Positions 26,699 to 38,800 of a DNA stretch of 64,000 nt are shown in pieces. The notes under the pieces were generated by a model. The model made no database searches and had not been told where the DNA came from. It saw only the letters and a list, made by a program, of their open reading frames with translations. The DNA comes from Sphagnum compactum (lineage: Eukaryota). The stretch is taken from the NCBI GenBank assembly GCA_965153455.1, contig OZ234494.1:1550001-1614000 (forward strand), given 5' to 3'. The translations under genes were made by a program, and so were the position numbers. The first letter of the stretch is position 1. The number at the start of each line of letters is the position of its first letter.

Positions 26699-29600
26699 CA
26701 GTGTTGGACGTTTCTCATTGTTTTCTGAGAACCGCTGGTTCGGTTTTTAGAAGAGCTTGAAAGAATGCCTCGATTTCTTTAAACAAATTTGTTTTCATTT
26801 TCAAGAGAACTGGGCAGGGTTTCAAAATTTTGGGAAAAAAATAATTTCATCTTTGGTTCTCTCATAGTTCATACCACTTGGGTTTTGAAGGTGGTTTTCA
26901 CAAACTGGTTACCTCAAGTTCAATTTTTCAAAATTATAAAAATGACCGAGAAAGGTAAAAATAACAAAGAGTGAGGAAAAAGTAAACATTTTTTTTCTTC
27001 CAACATATTATATGTCTAAAACTTCATCTTCTTCAAATACTCTTTCAAACTCCTTTAATTCCTCTTTTAAGTTTAAATGTTTCTCAATTACCTCCACCAA
27101 ATTGCATAGTGATTTCCAATCAACCCTAAGATCACTTGGCCAATTTTTGTTCATAAAAATCAATTTTTCTAGACTGTTCAATCGTAAGTGATGTCTTCTT
27201 GCATTAGTAAGTGTGCCCATTAAAGAAAAAAATCTCTCAATCTCTCAAGTTGTGATTTTACAATGCCTATGATTTGACAAGCTAGAAAACCAATTTTTAG
27301 AAACATGGTATCATGCTTCCCCCATCATTGAAGAGAACATATGATTTTTTTGGGATTCAGTTGGTAATGTTTAAAAACTCAACAACTTTTTAATGACAAG
27401 TTCTTTTGCTAATTTAGTTGTGCTAACAACTTGTTAAAGAAAATCCAAGTTGCAATTTTCTTCAACTATTTGTTTTACACATCAGAATCAAATTTTACAA
27501 TTTAATGTAAATGATGATAACACTTTAACACCATAAAATATAAGGATCTCTTGTCGTATTTTTCAACAATAATGACACCTTCCTCACGATTGATAAAAAA
27601 TATTAAATGAAGGTTTTTAAACCTAGGGTGTACCATCAAATAGAGTATATTATGAATATTTGCTTTCATATATTTTTGAGAAAAAATGAAAGATTCATAA
27701 ACATCACGTATTTTCCTTTTGATGTTGGAAACAAGCAAAGTCAATTCAAGAATAGCCTCAAAATTATCAATAATCAAATTGACTTGGGCTAATGGGTTGT
27801 AATTTCTTCCTTAAAACTTAAGCACATAGTTATGGAAAATTGCAATGCATCAAAAAGCAATTGATGGCCACTAGATTAGTTTAAAACATAAACACTGACA
27901 AACGAAGAAAGAAAAAACACACATTTTAAAAATGTGCCAAGTAAAAGGAGGTGGCACTTTCCCACTAATTCAAATAGTGTTCTATCTATTGTAACAAAGG
28001 ACAACATTTTAAAATTACATAACGATTTGCTTGCAAACTTGCAATCAAAATTATACATGCAATGTTAGTATTTCCAAATGGTGCAATTCAAAGAAAATTT
28101 AAACAAAAAAAATTCAAGTAATAAAATATTTAAAACCAACCTTGTCTTTACTAAAATATTTAATTTTCTTAAATGAAGATTGAAATTTGCATAAACTTTA
28201 ATCCATTCATGTCTACCTTTTCTAGATTTGTAAAGCCAAGTTATACATTTTTACAAATCAAATTGTGCACATTTGATTGAAACAAATTTAATATTTGTGT
28301 AATTTTTTCTTCAACTATAATGTATTAGCATGTTTTAAAACATCTAGCCAACACAAATTCTTTGAAAACATTCATCCAATTTTAAAACTTTGCACCTCAA
28401 AATAGATTTTACAATAATTGTCATGGTATTCAAATACTCTAATCCCTTCATGTGGACATAAGTGATGATTTTTTTTCTTAACCCATATTGATCAAACAAT
28501 TTTATCAAATTGTTGGCCAAGGCTTGACTAGTAGTTTTTATTGTTTCAAATAAACTAATGATTACATGTTGGGATTGTTAATCAAACCTAAGAAATTAAG
28601 AACAAAAACATATATATTGTGTATCCCCTTTAACATCCATAAGTCAAAACTTGTTGTAGAAATGCAATTGGCCAATTTGGTCAAAACATGGTTTTTTTTT
28701 TTGTTTTCTCCACAAAGTTAAATAATATTTTTTGAAAAAATTGTTTTCTAGAAGGGAAGATAACTTAAGAAAATAAGTGTAAAACCAAATGTTTGAACTA
28801 AACACTTTTCACAAACTATAAAGGTAATTGATTCGTCACAATCAAGAGGTTAAAATCTTGCAAAAAATATTTTTATTGCCCATCATCCTTTTAAAAAGGA
28901 TCTTTGACATCAAAAAAAAATTTATAACATGTTACGTCTCACATTAGACCTTTTCTTCATTAGTTGTCTTTCCACATTTCCTCTCACATGATTACTAATT
29001 ACCTCTTCTAACCTTTTTGCAATTAATACATGATTTGCATCCACATGTTTTTTCAAAAAAAATTATTCCATAGGTCTTATCATATGTAATTATACATTTT
29101 AGTGGTTGGATTAAGTGCATTCACAAGATTTGAAGGATGCATTTCATGATTTGAAGATTTCCCTTTCAACATTATTCCTATCATTAACAAAATAAAGGCC
29201 AAACATAATGCTTTCTTGTGTTATGCCCTTTTCATATTTTCCTTTGAGCATGGAGTTTTTACATATGCATTTGCAATTTCTTTTTGCTCTATTATTTTTT
29301 ATTTGGAGACTTGGATTTGTTTTTAATCCTTTTACAATTTCTTCTTCCATAGTTGTGCCATTGAAATAAATTTGATTTTAATATTCAATTATTATTAAAT
29401 TTTCATTTTCAATTTACTACATCATTTTTTACAAAAACATTTGAAGACAAGTGTGTGTTTTGCTAAAAAGAATAATTTTTTTAATGTTTAAGTTAAATGA
29501 TCTATGTTATGAAAATCAAATCAAAACTTACCTTGGAAAAACTTGAACTTGAAAGAAAATTGAAGCTTAAACTTGAAAAAGTTGAAACTTCAAACTCCTT

Positions 29601-31430
29601 TTCTCGCACCTACAAGAATAAGGGGGGGGAAGTACCAAATTGAAGAGGAACAAAATCAAAAGTGAACAATAACAACAAGCAGCAACAAGGTGATGGAAAG
29701 CAACAAGTTAGAAAGATATTTGAAGAAGGTTGCATCTTGCATTGCACTGTTGTCCAATAGCAACTTCCAATAGTGAACAACAAAGAGGTGTTAGGGAACA
29801 TTAATAATGAGTAACAAAAAGGTGCTATTGAATAGTAGCAATGCATTGCAACAATGTGTTAAAGAACAACAACAATATGTAGCAATGAATTGTTAGAGAA
29901 CAATAAAAATGATTGCTAGAAGCACTTGATAATATTTCAAGTTTTGGAAGTGAAAATAATATGAGCGGAAAATGAAATACACTTTTGCAACTTTGATGTG
30001 ACAAATAATCACTTAAAAACTAATAGGAAGAGATAGTATAAATAGACTACCAATTTCTTTACATGAACACATAAAGCTTTTGAAAAAATCCACAAGACTT
30101 GAGTACACCAAACATTTAAGTTTTATGAAGAAAATACAATTTCAAAATTAAAAAGTCAAATAGTCATGGAAAACACAACTTCAAGAATAGACAAAATTTT
30201 GAATTGTTCCACATCAAAGAACAAAACTCAAATTTGCTTCTACACACACAAAAACCTTACATTTAAGTACCTTGAAATAATAGGGGAAATCCCATCTTCA
30301 AAACAATGATTACCTTGATATTAGTTGGTTTTTAAAACTTACTCTAAAGTGAACTATACTCAATCTTATTTACAACTAGGAAATATAATTAATAGTTAAA
30401 AGTTTATCACTAAACTTTCGGTTCTAAAAATAAGATAAAATTTTCAGTAGTAAATTTTGATAACAATTTCCAATAGCAATTTCTAATACCATATTTTTGA
30501 TAGTTTTTTTGGGTAACATATTTTCGGTAGTTATTTTTGATAATTATTTCAAATAACATATATCAACAACTATTTTTGATAATCAAAATCAGCAAACTAT
30601 TTCTTGTAATCAAAATTGGTAAACTATTTCTAGTAGTCAAAATCGATATTAACAATTCTCATACTAAAAATCCTAACAATTTTTACACCTTTAACAATGA
30701 TGAGGCACTGAAGAACAACAATAACACATAATGAATTGTTGAAAAACAATAGTAATGTGTAATAATGGATCACTAAAGAGCACTGACATTGAGATGTTGG
30801 GGTTTAATAGTATTGAAGCATTGAGGAATAACAACAACACTCAACAATGAGGTGTTGAAAAATAGTGGCAATGAGGTGTAGCAATGAGGAACAACATATT
30901 GCTAACAACATTGAAAAATTAGCAAAAAGATTTAAAACATCACAAACTTCCTATCCCACAAAATCATGGGATGGGAAGTTTTGTGATGAAAATGTGCAAT
31001 GTGCAAATGTGCTCCACAAACTCAAAACACAAACAAAACAATAAAACAAAACGCTATTCTAAAGTTTGAAGGTTCAACCTCATGGACTTCTAAAACAACA
31101 AAAATGAAATGAAGAGTGCAAAGTGAAGAGGTGTGAACCTCTTTATCTTGAAGGAGTCAAAGATGGAGACATGAAGAAAAATCTCCATGCACACAATGAC
31201 TACCTGACCTGGCTTCACTTTCAAACTTAAAATCTTAAACCTATTTTTTTAAAGCCCAACTTACCAACCTAAACACTAGAGTTTAAATTCTAGACCCCTA
31301 AGCTCGCTAATCATGAAAACCTTGACATTGACAAGGGCTAAAAGAATTATTAAAGAAAAAACCAGTTTTCAAGTCACCAATTTTCAGTCCAATGAAAATG
31401 GTTGAGGTGGGTTTCAAACAGGGTATCACC
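26699..31430 (-). mobile_element. Degenerate hAT transposon with transposase remnants at ~27008-29350
   Basis: CAGTGTTGG end at 26699. Broken ORFs GTLTNARRHHLRLNSLEKLIFMNKNWPSD and HNILYLMVHPRFKNL are homologous to the 1.8-2.9 kb copy. Right boundary uncertain. Confidence 0.7.
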
Positions 31431-31749
31431 GAAGGTGCTGCTGGATGGTATTCAAGGTGAGAACATGCCTAGAATCCTACCTGATTCTGGTATTATTTAT
31501 GATACCTACCCAAGATTGATAAGCACCCAGAAGGGGCCATCCTGGGAATGATAGGCTTGTTTGAATTTAGCAAAGAAAGGAAGCACCTTATGTAAGAAGT
31601 GCCATTCTTTGTCAAAACAAAAATTATACTAAAAGTAAAGCACCCTCCACATACAATAAGGCATCAAAAGTGTAACTGGGAATGAAATCTTACTAAAGGA
31701 AATAATTGGGACTCAAACTAGTTTTTACACCAATTTTGGTGATAAATTG

Positions 31750-31931
31750 AGTTTCATCCCCTCTTTCCTTTCTCCTGAGCGCTTCCACTTCAGCTGCATA
31801 TATTTTCATTGCTCCTACCTGTACAACTACTATAATTACTCTCGAACCTTGTGCATAATGCTGAGTTTTAATAAAAAAAATTCAACTTTGCGGATACCAC
31901 TGAAAGAGGGGATGGGGGGTGAAAGAGAGGG
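31750..31931 (+). repeat. Dispersed repeat (MITE-like), copy 2
   Basis: Same family and orientation as 4340-4556. Confidence 0.8.
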
Positions 31932-33353
31932 TGACTTTACAGATAACTTTAATATAAATGAAATTTGTGCTTTGAACAAAATCTGACAACTTGGCTGTGA
32001 CGACATTTGGGTACTGCACATTCTGCGAACAGAAGTTTCACATCCATGACTTACTTTCTTTCTACTACCAGAACTTCGCAGGGGATGGTCGGAATGTTCC
32101 ACACGTGAATGGATGGATACCAGTAACCCAAGTACCTAGGACCTACCTTGGCAGCTTCCGAAATTTTATTTTATTTCTGAAAATTTCAAGATTTCTACAA
32201 ATAATATAAAATTAGTAGAGAAGGAAAATACTAGAGAACCTTTTGAAATATTTCAGGATTCTTTTTTGGGGACATGGAATCTTTAAAATTATTTAATTAT
32301 TCCATGCACATGTGTTGAACAGGGTTTGTTCTTTTTCTTTTTTCAAATTCCTGAAATGTTCCAAAAGGTTAATTAAATGATAATTAATGAAGGGGATCCT
32401 GAAATATTCCAAAAAGAATCCTGAAATATTCCAAAAGTGTATTTCCAGATTCTTTTTTTTGTTTCAAATTCCTGAAATTCACAAATGAATTGATTTTGGA
32501 AGGTTTCCATTGCCAGAAGTGACGAAACCCAACAGCACTTAGAAGAAAAACTTCAAGCTATTGGAGAAAGTTGCAAAGTTGTATCATATGGTCATAGCAT
32601 ATGCTTCATACTATTAAGAAACAACAATGGCTTCGAATGGGGTCTAGGATTCTTTGGTGTATAGATAAGTTTAATTTAAACTCTCGACGTGTTTTAAAGG
32701 ATGATTGGAATGCCGCTCAACTCGGAAGAAATATTTGATATTTCAAAAAACAACAAATGGTGAAAGAACAACATCCAATTACAAAGAACATCCTTAAGGG
32801 TGATGTTGTCAACATGAAACAAAACTTGAGATCATTCTTCTCAAAATCCTCATCATGCAACAAGTGGCTTATATAACCTAGATATCAAAAAGTCACCATC
32901 GCTCCACAAAATTACTTGCCTACAAAATTAAATGAAATTGACAGTCCAAACAATCTCAGGCTAGTTAGGTCTTTGAAACAAGATGGACAGAAACTATAAA
33001 ATTATTTTCACAGGTTTGATATCCATTCATGAGACAAAGATATACACACTAAACATAATACATGATTCAAACCAATATACACAAGTGACAATATAATTAT
33101 ACAAAAGGTCTCCAGAAAACAAGTAGAGCATTCTGTGTAAACTCTTCTACAGTGAGGAAGGTCTAGACACTTGCAAGCTGTAAGCAAAGGCACACAGAGA
33201 TCGCACTCAATCATAACTGGTAACATGGGTCATACAGACACAGAGTTTCCAATTCCTGCCATGTTCATACAAAAACGATGATAGAAGTTTAATGGTAGTG
33301 CATTGATCATGATGTGCATGGACAAGATGGTGATGCAAAGCATGGAGATGATC

Positions 33354-36300
33354 TCAAGACATAATTTCTGTGACAGTGGCAACTTTCTCTACATGTATTG
33401 CATCACCGACTCTGAGAATGGGAGGAGTCCCATTATGAGGAAGAAGTGATTCATCACATGTGAGATTCTGCCCGAAGAAGGCCTGTTCACAAGAACAATT
33501 AACGGAGTCAAAAGGGAAGATTATGATTGTACCAAACCTGCCCTAGGTGCTCATCAAACAACAAATAGCAATGTGAGGAAATCACAACCAGCAGAGAAAA
33601 CTGCAGTCACTGCGTCCCACAATTAACCTCCACTGACTGTGTACAGAAAGAAACAGCAACAGTTAAACAAGTCTAAGACAGCAAACTACTGTTGAATTAT
33701 ACCACTTAAATGTCAGCATAATTGTGGATGTTGCAGGGCAAGACTTCTCACCCCATTCCTCATATCATGGAGAGAGGACAAATGTGGGCCAGCACGAAAT
33801 GTTCTCAAAGTAACAAGAGGCTCCTGGCCTACCTCAGCCGTTGACTGATCTGTGGTGGTTATCTGTTTCCAGCCAGAAGTCATCCCAATCATTAGCTCCT
33901 TCAGACATCTGAATCTGGGCAAAGAGAAGAATCTAGAGAACACTGTGGGAGCTGAATGAGTGTCTACTTATCTTCTGCACAAGTGTTCCACCATCAACCA
34001 AGGCTCACATATTGTGATGTACTACTGCGTGAGTGGGATCTATTTCAACCAATTGCACAATGAGACTAGAACTACATGAAACCACTGTAAAGCTCAGAGT
34101 GATGTGAATTCCTTTTGAGTACATTTGATGTCTACATTCAGCCACAAACAAATTTCATGTGCTGGAAACCCATTTTGCAACAACACATGTGGCTGTTAGA
34201 CAAACTCAATATTACAGTAAATCTCAAGCCCAGAATGATTTCTTAGCCTGTGTTTAGTTACCTTGCAGCGAGGACACAGCTTGACACCATGAAAGGTGTA
34301 CTTGCCGATTGTGAAGGTGTCCCATGTGTCCTCAGCGAAGGGCTCACAACCTTCAATGAAAATACTAAGGACAGCCATCCCAAATGGCCAATCAGTAATG
34401 TAGAACAGAAAGAGAAATCTGTACCAGGGTTGAAATCAACTGAGGGACTGCAGGACTTTCTCCCACTCTGGTGTCAGGCAACAGATGAGAAAAAGCACAT
34501 CAGTCTGTCAACTACACAGGGAAATCTTGTGGTGCATACCCTATCCACTGCACAATCATGTAACAAAATTCCATATGGCATGAGAGAGATCATACTTTGG
34601 GCGAAAGCGGTTGATGGGTAATGGATTTGGAAGCCTCTCATTCAATGCATCTAAAGATGCCTGCAACCATAACAAGGTTTCAGGAAAAACTATAGTATGA
34701 GGTACTAGCAGGGAACGCAACTTTGAACCTAAGTTAGCAGTTCAGTCAGTTGTTCAGAGATAGTTACTTGGCACAAGTTTGACAATATGAGGATATAGTG
34801 CAGGACATCCTCCTTGGAAGCAAAAGAATAAAATGATGAAATGACAGCAGTTTCTGTAACCTAGTACCATTCATCAGTTTTAGTATTCTATTGCCATCTA
34901 GTCACTGCACATGAGATTTGTGATGTTATCAAACATTGTCGATACTGACCTGAGATATCATAAGGAAGGGGAAATTGTCAGAGAAGGCTGCCTGAAAACC
35001 GGCAGCATACTTGGGATCTATTGCCCTGTTCATGCTGTCTGCATCAAAGAAAGGTAACCTCAAAAACCATCAGTCTGAAAGTGATTTTGACCAATTGTCC
35101 TCAACTTTTTGCTGGTGTTCAGTAAAATATCTTTGGCTGCTCAAGTCTCAGGAGATTTTCTCCATTTGTGTCCTCAAAGAACAATGATGCCCTCCTCCCC
35201 AAACTCCCATCTCCACTATCTTCTTTTATGCAATCTTCCAACAACTCTGGAATTTGTTGCTGTTTTCTGAAGGATCGAATGCAAAGGTTTATCCTCAAAT
35301 GAGGAGATACAAAACTTAGGCTACAATACTATTGTCCTTGCAGCAATGAGCATCATCACTCATGTGAAAAGAAGAATACTTGAAGAAGCAAGACAGAGCT
35401 ACTTGCCATTATCCAACCGAACGAGCCTTGCAGGCTTTCCAAGGTACTCAGTAAACCACCTTGTTGCATCAGGTCCCTCCAACAATCCAGGGCCAGACCA
35501 CTCCCAAACAGTCACATGATCAATCTTCTTCAGTGGTGCTGATGGAACAAGTGGAACCTTGAGCTGCTGCATCCCTGGGGCATTGAAACCTGGAATCCAT
35601 CCATCCACCCAAACATCACATAAGAAATTTCTCTGCTGAACTTTCAAGGGAAAGGAGGGGAAGTGCACTCTTTGACAATTGCATGGGTTCAGGGTTTAGA
35701 ATGTACAGATCACATCTTGGGTGCATGAACATTTACTGGTGATGATGATCTATCTCTCTTCACTGCATCGGTGCCAGTGTTGTCCAGTGAACGACATTGG
35801 GAGAATTTTACCAAGCTTGAGAAAAACACACTAGAAGTTTACACAAGGGTTTGTTAGTGAGGAGATAATGAACTCACACAGAAAAGCATTCTTGGGGAGA
35901 GGACCCCAGCTATCATGCAACACTTCTGGCGGCAACGAGACCTTGACCAGCGCCATCTTGGGCTCTGGGCGCTGTGTGATAAAGCGGCCTCTCTCATTCA
36001 CCACCACCCACTGCCTATCCCACTGGAATCCTGTTTCCCCCGAAACCCAATTGGCTAAGATTTCTGGACAGGACCTCGCAAAAAGACAGCAGCTACATAC
36101 TAGGCCCACAAACCAATAAACCCCGTTACTGAAATCCAGAATCCACACGACACCTCCGCAAACAGGCGCTGGGTTTTTTCATGCCACTACCAAAAGGACT
36201 TGACTTTGTTGTAACACAAGAGTATCTGCAATTGGGTCGTCAAAACCCAATACTCCATTCCACCCAAGGGTCACAAAGAAATGGGAAAGAGAAGGAGAAG

Positions 36301-36461
36301 AGAGACAGAGAGAGGAGGAGGAGGAGCAGCAGCAGCAGGAAACCTCTGCTGGAGATGAAAGCATGGGACACAGAGATGCCGGCACAGGACTTCACAGGGT
36401 AGATAAAGAGCGCCTTCACCCTGGCTTCTTCTGCCGAGCCTCCACCTGCTCTCTGCTCCAT
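33354..36461 (-). CDS. MOSC-domain molybdoenzyme (mARC/ARC-like amidoxime reducing component), 8 exons: 36461-36344, 36030-35878, 35589-35407, 35038-34950, 34660-34596, 34364-34262, 33862-33752, 33482-33354; 316 aa
   Basis: Motifs LFIYPVKSC, GFQWDRQW, FITQRPEPKMALV, WFTEYLGKPARLVR, FSDNFPFLMISQASLDALN, INRFRPNI, GCEPFAED, VKLCPRCK, FFGQNL, LRVGD. Exon phases sum to 951 nt in frame. All introns are GT-AG except intron 3 (GC-AG). An in-frame stop lies upstream of the ATG. Confidence 0.92.
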
Positions 36462-37046
36462 TACTTCCCGTCGCTACAATCTCCCCAAAAAGGTCCCTGT
36501 CGAAATTCTCCTCCTCCTCCTTCTTCTTCGACTCAATTCCGTGTCGATAGCATTTCCTGTTTCTGCTCTTGATCTCTTGCTAGTCTGCTGCTGCTGCACC
36601 CAGCCAGATTTATGTGTGCACATCCAGTGGGGGTGTGGTCCAGGCAGAGGAGGAAGACGGACAAGGGATGGAGCGGAGGAAGCAGAGTCCATGGAGCGGA
36701 AGGCATCGCTGTCTGGTGCAAACGCTGCATGGGCCCAGTCCAGTCTCTCACACTAATGCCCACTGCGCATACGAAGGCCGCAAAGTAGACAGCGTGACGT
36801 ATTGTGGGTTCCATGCGGACTTGCACACCAAATGCTCATGTCATGTGGATTTTGCACAATGGGCTTCTAGATATTATCAATAGCTCTTGGCACCTGCCCA
36901 ACTTAGTTGGATGGTAGTGGCCAGGGTGAACTAGCACCCACGTTGGTTGCAAGATACTTGGTACCCTCACCTTTTTGAGTGACGCCTCTGAGTGGCCATA
37001 TTAACCCCCCAAAAATGGTAGATTTGACCTATTTACAATTTTAATA

Positions 37047-37232
37047 GCATGGGATTCCCATGCATGGGATTCCCATGCATGGGATTAAATATTAAGTATG
37101 TTACCTTAGCCTTGGGTGGAACCATGATGATACAAATCCCAAAAAATTCTAAATATTTAATCCCATGCATGGGAATATTTAGAATTTTTTGGGATTTGTA
37201 TCATCATGGTTCCACCCAAGGCTAAGGTAACA
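37047..37232. repeat. Near-perfect 134-bp palindrome (59-bp arms 37099-37157 and 37174-37232) preceded by tandem CATGGGATTCCCATG palindromes
   Basis: TGTTACCTTAGCCTTGGGTGGAACCATGATGATACAAATCCCAAAAAATTCTAAATATT is followed by its exact reverse complement, around a CCCATGCATGGG centre. Confidence 0.95.
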
Positions 37233-37699
37233 CTCTAGGAGCAAGGCATTCACAAAATAAGCATTTGCTAGTTTCGCCTTGAACTAGTAGGTGCTTACTT
37301 CAATAACACCTTGTTCCTTTGGGCCTTGGGCTAATGGGCACTTATCTCCCCACTTTTCAAGCATTACCCGATGTAAAGCATTGGTAAAAGAATAGGGTAT
37401 TGAAGACTCTCCTAGAATAAATGTTTTTCAATTGTTTGGTTGGTAGGTGTAGACATTTGTGAAAAGCCATTTGTGTTTCGGTTGTGTTTGTGTCTTAGTT
37501 TTGTTTGTGTTTGTTGCTTGTGTGTTGTGATTTGGTTGTGTTTATGTTTTGTGAATTGTACTTGTGTATGTGTTTTGTGACTTTTGTTGTTGTTGTTCCA
37601 AGCATATTCTTGCAAGATGTAAGGCTCAAGTTTTTTTCTTTTGCTTTGAATTCGTTTTGAATTTATCTTTCTTGTGTCAAGTTGATTGTGCATCTATGG

Positions 37700-38800
37700 C
37701 ATTCATGGACCATGATGCAAGGTCTTTTGACTAGACTATTCAAGTTGTCCAAAGTCACGCCAAGTTTAACACTATTGATATTCTTAAAAAGTACAAGATT
37801 TCTTCACACAAGAAGGCCAAGATGAACATTTTATTGTGTCGGATGATATTGATGCATGTTGTTCGTTTGGTTTTCAAGATTGACATCTTGAAAATGGAAC
37901 ATGCATTCCAAATGGGTTGCAGGGAAGGTGACAAGGTTTTCTACTTGTTTCTTACAACTTGGAGAGGAGAAGAGAACACAATTAATAAGTATGGGAGTGG
38001 AATGTTCACTAGCAAGAGGACCATGACATATTTTATTCTTTCGTGATGGGCAATTTTAATATTCAAAGATTTTCTAAGTGCATGTTTTTTTATTTAGGAT
38101 GGAAATCACGAGGTGCAAGAATGAATGCCATACATCAAACCTATCCACATTAAAGATGCATCTTGGCATATCTCTGTAGATTTCATCCTATTGGACATGT
38201 CCAATGGCCTTGTGGATCTCCTCATAGCCATGACAAACTTCAACAAGTATAACATTCAACTTCTTCATTTTTTTCCTTTCTTGTTTTATTTTTTGTTTTG
38301 TTGTTCATGTGACCATGCATCCTTTTATAGAGTAGTGGAATTGGATCATGTCAAGTTGAATTTTTATACATGAGTTTTTCCAAATCCAGAACATTGGCAT
38401 CATACCCTTTAAATAGTTTTGTTGCCCTAAGGTTTTCGAAGGAACATTGAAATAGGTGGGAGACCAATCATATTCTGACACCAATTGTTTTACCACCTAG
38501 ATAAGTACCTTTTCTAGGGTATGGACTTATTTATAACATCACCTTTGGCATGCCCAATACTGTTAAACAATATGAAATGACAATTGGAGATTTTCCAACT
38601 TGCATTTCCATGAACTTCATCACAATTATTACAAATTTGTTGGGCAAATGAAGGAAATGAGTATATTGTAAACACATATATTACATTTTGCAACATGTTA
38701 TGATTTGTGGATAGACAAAAAAATTCATTCATCATCTGACTTGGAGTTGGAATGAAGTTCAATGCTTATTAAGTTGCACAAAGTGAATTGACTATTGTCC
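37700..38800 (+). pseudogene. Decayed repeat-associated gene with a DGNH(R)-like motif
   Basis: Fragments ILLCRMILMHVVRLVFKIDILKMEHAFQMGCREGDKVFYL and DGNHEVQE*MPYI...VDFILLD, with stops and frameshifts. Confidence 0.45.

Noticed and set aside
36474-36883. Overlapping short ORFs upstream of mARC
   Set aside because: GC-rich promoter and 5' UTR sequence with microsatellites and no domain similarity.
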